From contig CAMMJA010000003.1 of assembly GCA_946497145.1 (NCBI GenBank), forward strand, positions 1,169 to 65,168: a stretch of DNA of 64,000 bases. Direction: 5' to 3'. Numbering within the stretch: the stretch's first letter is position 1; each line of letters starts with the position of its first letter. Positions 56,423-64,000 of the stretch are shown here, piece after piece. This DNA is from an uncultured Mycoplasmatota bacterium (lineage in GTDB: Bacteria; Bacillota_I; Bacilli_A; RF39; UBA660). The notes under the pieces are model-generated. The model saw nothing but the letters and a program-made list of their open reading frames with translations, was not told where the DNA came from and did not search any database. The translations under genes were made by a program, and so were the position numbers.

Positions 56423-59053
56423 ATGAGACAGACAAATTTATCTAGTGGCTTAACCAGTCAAGAAGTAGAAGAAAATCGTAAAAAATATGGTAGTAACATA
56501 CTTGCCTCCCACAAACAAGAAAGTTTTTGGCGTCAATTATTGGGAACTTTAGGTGACCCCATCATTCGTATTTTATTGATTGCGTTAGGGATTAAAACTG
56601 TCTTTTTAATTCAAGATTTCGATTGGTTCGAAACCATTGGAATTGTCATTGCTATTTTTTTGGCTTCGTTTATTTCGACTATTTCCGAATATGGAAGTGA
56701 ACAAGCGTTTTCCAAGTTACAAGAAGAGTCATCTAAAATTAAATGCCGTGTTCGAAGAAATCAAAGAGTGATCGAGGTTAACGTCGATGAGATTGTCGTT
56801 GGGGATATTGTGTTATTGCAGTCGGGAGATAAAATACCTGCTGACGGGATCTTAGTGGATGGCGAGATTACGGTAGATGAATCATCGCTCAATGGTGAAA
56901 CAAAAGAAGCATATAAAGAAGCAATGAAGCAACAATTAAATCCTTCCGAGAAGAACTGTTTGTATCGAGGAACCGTTGTCTATTCCAAAGAAGGCGTGAT
57001 GGAAGTGACCAAAGTAGGAAAAGATACGTTTTATGGAAAGTTGGCTGAAGAAATTCAAGAAAAACAGCCAGAAAGTCCATTAAAATTACGACTTAGACAA
57101 CTTGCGAAAATCATCAGTCGCATTGGTTATTGTGGTGCTATTTTAGTCAGTATTTCGTACTTGTTTTCTGTCGTGGTAATCGATAACCAATTTGATGTTA
57201 CAAAAATAGTGGAAACACTTACCGATTTTTCGGTCATTTCCGGTCATATTCTGTATGCTTTAACTTTGAGTGTAACCATTATCGTTGTAGCAGTTCCGGA
57301 AGGACTTCCCATGATGATTACCTTGGTGTTATCTTCTAATATGAAACGAATGTTGAAAAATCACGTTTTGGTTAGGAAGTTAGTCGGGATTGAGACGGCT
57401 GGTAGCATCAATATTTTATTTACGGATAAAACAGGAACACTCACTAAGGGATCATTAGAAGTAGTAGGACTTTTAAATGGCAATTTAAAAATGTATCAAA
57501 ATGAGCGTGAGTTATCTAAAAATGCTTCTTTTTATCAAATTGTTCAAAAGTCGATTGTTTATAATAATGCGAGTAATTATGATGAGGAAAGCAAAAAGAT
57601 CATTGGTGGCAATACGACAGATCGTGCATTGTTACGTTTTATCTCACCACATTTTGAAAAAACAGCCCGCATATTGCAAACAATTCCTTTTGATAGCAAA
57701 AATAAATATTCCGTTTGTTTATTAGAGGATATGAAATTGATTAAGGGAGCACCTGAGAAATTATTGCCACTTTGTCATTATTACTATAACGAAATGGGTA
57801 AAAAGAGCATACTTTCTTCTACTAGGCGAATTGAAAACATGATTTCTGAAGCAACACAACAGGGTATTCGTGTCTTGGTAATGGCAACTAGTGATAGTCG
57901 GGATGTGAAATTGTTGCAAGATCGATTGACCTTGGTTGGCATTTTATTGATTAAAGACGAAGTGCGAAAGGAAGCCATTGAAAGTGTTCGAACTGTAAAA
58001 GAAGCTGGCATTCAAACAGTCATGATTACAGGAGATAACAAAGATACGGCTCGAGCCATTGGAGCAGAAGTGGGGCTACTTGAGAATCCGAATGATTTAG
58101 TGATGACTTCACAGGAATTGTCTCAAATGACGGATGAAGAATTGAAGTTGCTACTTCCAAAACTAAGAATTGTCGCACGGGCACTTCCGCAAGATAAAAG
58201 TCGCTTGATCCGTATTTCTCAAGAATGTGGTTTGGTAGTAGGAATGACAGGGGATGGGGTAAACGATGCTCCAGCACTCAAAAAGGCCGACGTTGGTTTT
58301 GCGATGGGAAGTGGTACGGAAGTATCGAAAGAAGCCAGTGATATCGTCATTTTAGATGATAATTTTGGTTCTATTGCTAAAGCCATTTTATTTGGAAGAA
58401 CGATCTTTAAAAGCATTCGTAAGTTTATTATCTTTCAATTGACCGTCAACTTATGTGCCATCAGCTTGTCTATTATTGGCCCATTTATTGGTGTTGATAC
58501 TCCTGTGACAGTTATTCAAATGTTGTGGATCAACATGGTGATGGATACCTTGGCAGGAATTGCTTTTGCTTATGAACCACCGTTAAAAGAATATATGAAA
58601 GAACGACCTAAGAAAAAAGAAGAGCCAATTATCAACCGTTATATGATGGATGAAATTTTATTTACTGGATTTTATTCGGCTTTACTGTGTGTCATATTTT
58701 TAAAAGTTCCTTTTATTCACGAATTATTTCGTATTGATCCAGATGATAAATATTTTTTGACGGCTTTCTTTGGCTTGTTTATTTTTATGGGGATATTCAA
58801 TAGTTTTAATGCTAGAACCCATCGGTTGAATTTACTATCACATTTATATGAAAATAAAGTGTTTGTTGTTACGATTTTGTTCATTGTCATAGTTCAAGTT
58901 ATCTTGATCTATTATGGTGGAAATTTATTTCGAACGGCAGGACTTACGATTCGCGAGTTTGAAATTATGTTGTTGTTGGCTTTAACTGTCGTACCAGTAG
59001 ATTGGTTTCGAAAAATTTATCTTCGCTTACATGGGATGAAAGGTGGCGTGTAG
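56423..59053 (+). CDS. P-type Ca2+-transporting ATPase (P2 type)
   Basis: DKTGTLT, TGDN and GDGVNDAPALKKADVG motifs, and 10 TM topology. Confidence 0.9.
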   Translation: MRQTNLSSGLTSQEVEENRKKYGSNILASHKQESFWRQLLGTLGDPIIRILLIALGIKTVFLIQDFDWFETIGIVIAIFLASFISTISEYGSEQAFSKLQEESSKIKCRVRRNQRVIEVNVDEIVVGDIVLLQSGDKIPADGILVDGEITVDESSLNGETKEAYKEAMKQQLNPSEKNCLYRGTVVYSKEGVMEVTKVGKDTFYGKLAEEIQEKQPESPLKLRLRQLAKIISRIGYCGAILVSISYLFSVVVIDNQFDVTKIVETLTDFSVISGHILYALTLSVTIIVVAVPEGLPMMITLVLSSNMKRMLKNHVLVRKLVGIETAGSINILFTDKTGTLTKGSLEVVGLLNGNLKMYQNERELSKNASFYQIVQKSIVYNNASNYDEESKKIIGGNTTDRALLRFISPHFEKTARILQTIPFDSKNKYSVCLLEDMKLIKGAPEKLLPLCHYYYNEMGKKSILSSTRRIENMISEATQQGIRVLVMATSDSRDVKLLQDRLTLVGILLIKDEVRKEAIESVRTVKEAGIQTVMITGDNKDTARAIGAEVGLLENPNDLVMTSQELSQMTDEELKLLLPKLRIVARALPQDKSRLIRISQECGLVVGMTGDGVNDAPALKKADVGFAMGSGTEVSKEASDIVILDDNFGSIAKAILFGRTIFKSIRKFIIFQLTVNLCAISLSIIGPFIGVDTPVTVIQMLWINMVMDTLAGIAFAYEPPLKEYMKERPKKKEEPIINRYMMDEILFTGFYSALLCVIFLKVPFIHELFRIDPDDKYFLTAFFGLFIFMGIFNSFNARTHRLNLLSHLYENKVFVVTILFIVIVQVILIYYGGNLFRTAGLTIREFEIMLLLALTVVPVDWFRKIYLRLHGMKGGV

Positions 59054-59061
59054 ATAAAGTT

Positions 59062-59098
59062 AGAAAATAAGCAATTTTCGCCTATTTTCTTTTTTTTT
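59062..59098 (+). terminator. Rho-independent terminator
   Basis: 11-bp stem with one mismatch, followed by T8. Confidence 0.7.
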
Positions 59099-59121
59099 AT
59101 TTGCTATAGTAAAGAAAAGGG

Positions 59122-59451
59122 ATGAGAAAAATGAAGCAAAGAGTGGTAAAAAGCAATACCAAATTTTTAATGATAGCGTTTTGTTCACTGTTGGTGTTAA
59201 CAATGTTGACACTTGTTGTTAAAGAGGAAAACCGTTTGCGATTGTTGGGTGAATCTGAAATTATCTTGGATTTAAACCAGACATACCAAGAGCCGGGAAT
59301 TACGTATAAAGGAGAAGATATTACTTCTTTGGTTAAAATTGATGGGAATGTCGATACGACGAAAGAAGGAACTTATCAACTTTACTATTCTTATCAGACG
59401 ACAAAAGGTAAAACCATTTATACAACACGTACGATCAGAGTGATTGAATAA
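59122..59451 (+). CDS. Membrane-anchored Ig-like (DUF5011-type) domain protein
   Basis: One TM segment, then the ILDLNQTYQEPGITYKGEDIT...GTYQLYY pattern. An alternative ATG is at 59131. Confidence 0.55.
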   Translation: MRKMKQRVVKSNTKFLMIAFCSLLVLTMLTLVVKEENRLRLLGESEIILDLNQTYQEPGITYKGEDITSLVKIDGNVDTTKEGTYQLYYSYQTTKGKTIYTTRTIRVIE

Positions 59452-59508
59452 TTAGGTTGTCAAAGTGCTATTTTTATAGTAAAATGATGACTAGTGTGGA
59501 GGTGTAGT

Positions 59509-61131
59509 ATGATACAGGCAAATCATGTTACCTTAAAGTTTGGAAAACGTACGTTGTTTGAAGATGTTAACATCAAATTTACAGCAGGAAATTGTTATGG
59601 CTTGATTGGAGCCAACGGTAGTGGAAAGTCCACTTTTTTGAAAGTACTATCAGGTGAAATTGAAACAACGGAAGGAGAAATTATTGCTACCAAAGGGGAA
59701 CGTTTGGCCATTTTAAAACAAGATCACTATGCTTATGATGAAGAACGTGTCATCGATACGGTCATCATGGGGAATACGCGTCTTTATGAAATCATGCAGG
59801 AAAAAGAAAAACTTTATGCGCAAAGTGAATTTGCGGAAGAAGATGGGATTAAAATTGCCAATTTGGAAGCAGAGTTTTTAGAATTAAACGGTTGGGATGC
59901 AGAAAGTGAAGCAAGCACGTTGCTAAATAATTTAGGGATTGATCCTTCTGTACATTATTTTTATATGAAAGAAATTCCTACGAAAGATCGCGTGAAAGTA
60001 TTGCTTGCTCAAGCATTGTTTGGTAATCCGGACATTCTACTTTTGGATGAACCAACGAACAACTTAGATATTGATGCGATCAATTGGTTAGAAGAATTTT
60101 TAATTAACTTTAATAATACCGTCATCGTCGTTTCACACGATCGTCATTTTTTAAATAAAGTTTGTACGCATATTGTGGATATTGATTACAACAAGATGAA
60201 ACTCTACATTGGAAATTATGATTTTTGGTATGAATCTAGTCAACTTGCTTTGAAACAGATGAAGGAGTCAAATAAGAAAAAAGAAGAAAAAATAAAAGAA
60301 TTACAAGCGTTTATTGCTCGTTTTTCGGCTAATGCTTCGAAATCAAAGCAGGCAACTTCTCGTAAAAAGATGCTAGAAAAAATTGAGTTAGAGGAAATTG
60401 TACCATCTTCTAGAAAATATCCATTTATTGATTTTAAGATTGAAAAACCAGCCGGTAAAGAAATCTTGACAGTAAAGAATATTAGTAAAACGATTGATGG
60501 ACGAAAGGTTCTTGATCAAGTATCTTTCATGGTATTAAAAGGAGATAAAATTTCTTTTGTTGGTGCTGACGACATTGCGAAAACGACGTTGTTTAAAATT
60601 ATCATGGGAGAAATGAAACCAGACAAAGGGGAAATCATTTGGGGTAAGACGATGGTTCCTTCTTATTTACCGCAGGATAACAGTGCTTTTTTTCAAAAAG
60701 ATTTATCTATCATGGAATGGATTGGCCAGTACTACCAAATTGATGATGAAACCGTTCTTCGTGGTTTCCTTGGTCGTATGTTGTTTTCTGGCGATGATGT
60801 TTTTAAGAAAGTTCCTGTGTTGTCCGGTGGAGAAAAAGCCCGTTGTATGTTGAGTAAGTGCATGTTAGAAAAACCGAACTTTTTGGTTTTAGATGAACCA
60901 ACCAATCATTTGGATTTGGAAAGCATTACTTCTTTAAACAAGGGTTTAGAAAAATTTGAAGGTGAGTTGTTGTTAGCAACACACGATCACGAGTTGAATC
61001 AAACCGTTGCCAATCGTATTATTGAGATTTTACCTCATGGTATTTTGGATCGTCGCCTTACGTACGATGAATATTTGGAAAGTAGTGAGGTCAAGAAATT
61101 ACGGGAAAAGGCCTATGTTTCCTTATCTTAA
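59509..61131 (+). CDS. ABC-F family ATPase (two NBDs, no TMD)
   Basis: Two Walker A / signature / Walker B sets (GANGSGKST ... LLLDEPTN; LSGGEKARC ... LVLDEPTN) joined by a K/E-rich linker. GGAGG RBS before ATG 59509. Confidence 0.9.
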   Translation: MIQANHVTLKFGKRTLFEDVNIKFTAGNCYGLIGANGSGKSTFLKVLSGEIETTEGEIIATKGERLAILKQDHYAYDEERVIDTVIMGNTRLYEIMQEKEKLYAQSEFAEEDGIKIANLEAEFLELNGWDAESEASTLLNNLGIDPSVHYFYMKEIPTKDRVKVLLAQALFGNPDILLLDEPTNNLDIDAINWLEEFLINFNNTVIVVSHDRHFLNKVCTHIVDIDYNKMKLYIGNYDFWYESSQLALKQMKESNKKKEEKIKELQAFIARFSANASKSKQATSRKKMLEKIELEEIVPSSRKYPFIDFKIEKPAGKEILTVKNISKTIDGRKVLDQVSFMVLKGDKISFVGADDIAKTTLFKIIMGEMKPDKGEIIWGKTMVPSYLPQDNSAFFQKDLSIMEWIGQYYQIDDETVLRGFLGRMLFSGDDVFKKVPVLSGGEKARCMLSKCMLEKPNFLVLDEPTNHLDLESITSLNKGLEKFEGELLLATHDHELNQTVANRIIEILPHGILDRRLTYDEYLESSEVKKLREKAYVSLS

Positions 61132-61136
61132 TACAT

Positions 61137-61168
61137 AAAAAATATGGTGAATCTTCACCATATTTTTT
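61137..61168. terminator. Bidirectional terminator between convergent genes
   Basis: 12-bp stem AAAATATGGTGA/TCACCATATTTT. Confidence 0.85.
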
Positions 61169-62117
61169 AATGCATCATACTTCCTCTTTCACAACGATTT
61201 CCCCAAGCATCCAACAGTTTGTTTCCTTGACTAACACAGATGATTTCACAATGGTTGGGACATTTACTACATTCAATGCCTTTGGTTTCAAAGTTGTAGT
61301 TGGTAATACGAAAAGAGAAAGGTATTTCTTTTTTTGTTTTTTGGGCTAAAATAGCGACGCCGAGGGCTCCCATTAAATGTCCAATTTCATCGACAATAAT
61401 GGGAAAACCCAAAATATCCTCAAACGCTTTTACAACGCCGATATTTTTGCTGACGCCACCTTGGAAGATGACGGGGGCTTGAATTCGTTTGCCTTTGCCG
61501 ACATTATTTAAATAGTTGAGAGCTACACTGCGACAAAGACCAGCAATGATGTCTTCTTTTTTATAACCCATCTGGGCTTTGTGTACGAGATCGGATTCGG
61601 CAAATACGGTACAGCGAGCCGCAATCTTGGTTGGATTTTGACTGGTAATGGCAATGTTTCCGAATTCCTCTACTGGGACATCCAATCGTTTGGCTTGACT
61701 AGATAAAAAGGAACCCGTTCCCGCAGCGCATAGCGTATTCATGGCATAATCGACAACAATCCCGTCGTCTAGTAAAATAATTTTAGAATCCTGTCCTCCA
61801 ATTTCAAAGATGGTTTTAATGTCAGGATATTTAGACATCGTTCCAACAGCGTGAGCGGTAATTTCATTTTTAATAATAACAGCCCCTAAGATGGTACCGA
61901 TTAATTTGCGGGCAGATCCCGTAGTACCGACGGCTACGACTTGAATGTTTTTACCTGTAATTTGTTTTTCGAGCCGTGATAATAGTTCTTTTACGGCTTC
62001 GATAGGATTTCCTTTGGTCCAAATGTATTCACTGGCTAGAATACGATGATGGTCATCGATAATAATTCCTTTGGTTGAAATCGATCCTATGTCAACTCCC
62101 ATATATCCTTTGGTCAT
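61167..62117 (-). CDS. BcrA/BadF/HgdC-type activase ATPase (CoA-substrate-specific enzyme activase)
   Basis: GVDIGSISTKG, EIGGQDSK and CAAGTGSFL motifs of the ASKHA activase family, plus a C-terminal cysteine cluster CSKCPNHCEIIC. Confidence 0.8.
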   Translation of the reverse strand: MTKGYMGVDIGSISTKGIIIDDHHRILASEYIWTKGNPIEAVKELLSRLEKQITGKNIQVVAVGTTGSARKLIGTILGAVIIKNEITAHAVGTMSKYPDIKTIFEIGGQDSKIILLDDGIVVDYAMNTLCAAGTGSFLSSQAKRLDVPVEEFGNIAITSQNPTKIAARCTVFAESDLVHKAQMGYKKEDIIAGLCRSVALNYLNNVGKGKRIQAPVIFQGGVSKNIGVVKAFEDILGFPIIVDEIGHLMGALGVAILAQKTKKEIPFSFRITNYNFETKGIECSKCPNHCEIICVSQGNKLLDAWGNRCERGSMMH

Positions 62118-63190
62118 TCTTGGCTCTCCTTTCTCATTTTTAGCATATCGTAAAATGCTTCTAATCTTGTTTTCATTCCTTCCATGGACGTTTGATTGTC
62201 GAAGGAAAAATAAACGATGGGAATTTTATAATCTTCACTAACTCTTTGTAAAATAGGCATGGCTCCAATTTCAGGTGTACAGCCAAACGGTTTGATGTGA
62301 ATTAGCCCGTCAAAACCAGCTTCGGCTAGCATTTTGGCTCTTGCGACATTGTCCATCCCGTCAGCACCAATGGTATATTTACAGTATTTTTTAACTTGCC
62401 GTAATAGTTTTCTTGTATGTAATTTTTTGGTGATTAGCAAATAAGTTACGTTGGTAAAACGTTTTACTTCGATGTTCATGTCTGCTAACTGTTTTTCTAA
62501 AAAGTAACTAGCAAATGGTTCCATAGAAGTATATAATTCACCAATCACGCCAACTTTTAGGCAATTGCGTGGTTTATGAATGGGAAGTTTGCGAAATTGT
62601 TTTTTATATTTGCGATATTCGAAATAAAGAGAAAGGGGGTTTTTGATTTTGATGAACGATTGCAACATCTTTTTTTGGAGCTGTTCAAAGCTGTTTTTTT
62701 TGATTTCAAAACCCACGTTACTCCTTATATATATGTCAATCTTATCCATATAGTAGATCATTAATAAAGTCATGATAAAATAATGAATGAACTTAAAAAG
62801 ATGAAGTTTGGGATTTAATTTTTTAAAGGTTCGATATAAGTTTCGAAACGTAAAGTGATCATCTCCCGTCAATGTGTAAAACTCAAAATGATAGCCCAAA
62901 TCTTTTAATATTTGTTCTTGAACTTCTGCATAGTAACCGTATCTACAACCACCACCTGCTTGTAGTAAAATAGTAGCGCCGTTTTCTAATGCCTCAATAA
63001 AATTACCTAAGTTATATTTAAAGGGAATGCAAACGAAATCAGGACTGTATTTGGTTCCTAATTCGATGGTCTTTTTGGTAATTGGTGGTGCAGGCATAAC
63101 TTTGAGAGTAGTAAGGTGGTTAAGAAGATACTGAATGGGAATATGATAGTTACCCAAATGAGGAAAACTAATGATTTTTTCTGATTTCAT
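62114..63190 (-). CDS. Activase-associated protein (DUF2229-like, YjiM-type)
   Basis: Operonic with the activase through an ATGA overlap. AAGGAG RBS before ATG 63190; the ORF track begins at 63220. Confidence 0.55.
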   Translation of the reverse strand: MKSEKIISFPHLGNYHIPIQYLLNHLTTLKVMPAPPITKKTIELGTKYSPDFVCIPFKYNLGNFIEALENGATILLQAGGGCRYGYYAEVQEQILKDLGYHFEFYTLTGDDHFTFRNLYRTFKKLNPKLHLFKFIHYFIMTLLMIYYMDKIDIYIRSNVGFEIKKNSFEQLQKKMLQSFIKIKNPLSLYFEYRKYKKQFRKLPIHKPRNCLKVGVIGELYTSMEPFASYFLEKQLADMNIEVKRFTNVTYLLITKKLHTRKLLRQVKKYCKYTIGADGMDNVARAKMLAEAGFDGLIHIKPFGCTPEIGAMPILQRVSEDYKIPIVYFSFDNQTSMEGMKTRLEAFYDMLKMRKESQE

Positions 63191-64000
63191 GTTGTTGACT
63201 CCTTTTCTTTTTTTTATCAATGATGTCTAAAAAGCTTTCTAGGCGTGTTAGAATACCGGCTTCTGCTTTTAATTCATCGATAATTAAATGAATGAGTGGT
63301 ACGTTGTGAACTTTGCGAAGACACATTTCGTTGGTAAGAGAATCCGGTCCACATGGAAATGTGGATAATAAGATAATGCCATCTACTTGCTTTTTGTAGT
63401 GTGTTAGTGCACCTAAAAGTTCTTTGTTGTAAGTCCAATAATTGCTTTTTGAGATCATTTTGGCTTCTTCTTTTAATTTTTTGGTATCATAAATATCGGC
63501 AAGAATCACTTCGATCCCTTGTTTTTTTAAATAAGTGATAATGCTTTCACCGATTAAAGGATCATAAAGGTTGTAAGCATGTGATACCAAAAGAATTTTT
63601 GTTTTGTTGCTATTTAGTTGCTTTTCTTGTTGTTCAATTTTTCGCTTTCTTTTTTTTTGTTCTACTTTTTTGGCTTTTTGATAACTACGAATGCTATCTA
63701 AGTAAGAAAAGCCAAGTTCGCGTCCCATTTTTAAAAAAGCAAAGAATTCTGTTTCTTTTTTGGATACATCTATGTTGTAGTTAAGTAGTGGAATTTTGGG
63801 AAATGTGTTGTGGACGATGTCGTATAAAGCATTGAAATTGGTACAAAGTTTTTCGTGTTTTTTAAGGCATATGATTCTAGGAACTAAAACATAGTCACAA
63901 CGATTTTTTAAACTTTGTACATGTCCTAAATAAAGTTTTAAGGAAAGACACGTTTCATCAATACTATGTTTGATTCCTGTCTCTAAAATTTGTTGATTGC
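63168..64000 (-). CDS. Activase-associated protein, 5' end outside the window
   Basis: The reading frame stays open upstream of the ORF-track Met (63728) to the window edge. Hand translation gives ..ETCLSLKLYLGHVQSLKNRCDYVLVPRIICLKKHEKLCTNF... Confidence 0.55.
   Translation of the reverse strand, partial: NQQILETGIKHSIDETCLSLKLYLGHVQSLKNRCDYVLVPRIICLKKHEKLCTNFNALYDIVHNTFPKIPLLNYNIDVSKKETEFFAFLKMGRELGFSYLDSIRSYQKAKKVEQKKRKRKIEQQEKQLNSNKTKILLVSHAYNLYDPLIGESIITYLKKQGIEVILADIYDTKKLKEEAKMISKSNYWTYNKELLGALTHYKKQVDGIILLSTFPCGPDSLTNEMCLRKVHNVPLIHLIIDELKAEAGILTRLESFLDIIDKKKKRSQQHEIRKNH

Overview
Low-GC, AT-rich Bacillota-type chromosome segment from a spore former (it carries cotJ genes). All calls rest on reading the sequence and the ORF track; no database search was possible. 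Content in order: (1) 1-27.3 kb is one long + strand cell-wall glycopolymer cluster. It holds a TagG/TagH-like ABC exporter, the FnlA/B/C (CapE/F/G) UDP-L-FucNAc trio, many GT2/GT4 glycosyltransferases (one with three GT2 modules), a pyruvyl-transferase::FrhB-like Fe-S fusion, GalE, MnaA, TagA, GtrA/GtrB-like genes and two phosphodiester-glycosidase paralogs. (2) 27.4-44.4 kb is housekeeping and miscellaneous: PFOR (nifJ) translationally coupled to two unknown ORFs, recG flanked by two candidate small RNAs, small membrane proteins, a stand-alone Clp-D1-type AAA+ ATPase, the glmS ribozyme plus glmS, and cotJB/cotJC. (3) 44.5-55.5 kb is a defence island starting at tRNA-His. It contains cas9-cas1-cas2, an antisense tracrRNA, a CRISPR array of 22 x 36-bp repeats and 21 x 30-bp spacers, a truncated toxin/immunity cassette, and a convergent putative restriction gene with an SPPY amino-methyltransferase. 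(4) 55.6-64 kb holds a glucosaminidase, a P-type Ca2+ ATPase, an ABC-F ATPase and an activase (BcrA/HgdC-like) operon running off the window. The most unusual observation is a 355-aa protein with intact Walker A/B motifs, encoded antisense exactly between the tracrRNA and the CRISPR leader of this csn2/cas4-less type II locus. The tracrRNA promoter lies inside its last codons, and its start codon is 71 bp from the first repeat. I propose it is an uncharacterised CRISPR-associated (Csn2-position) ATPase.
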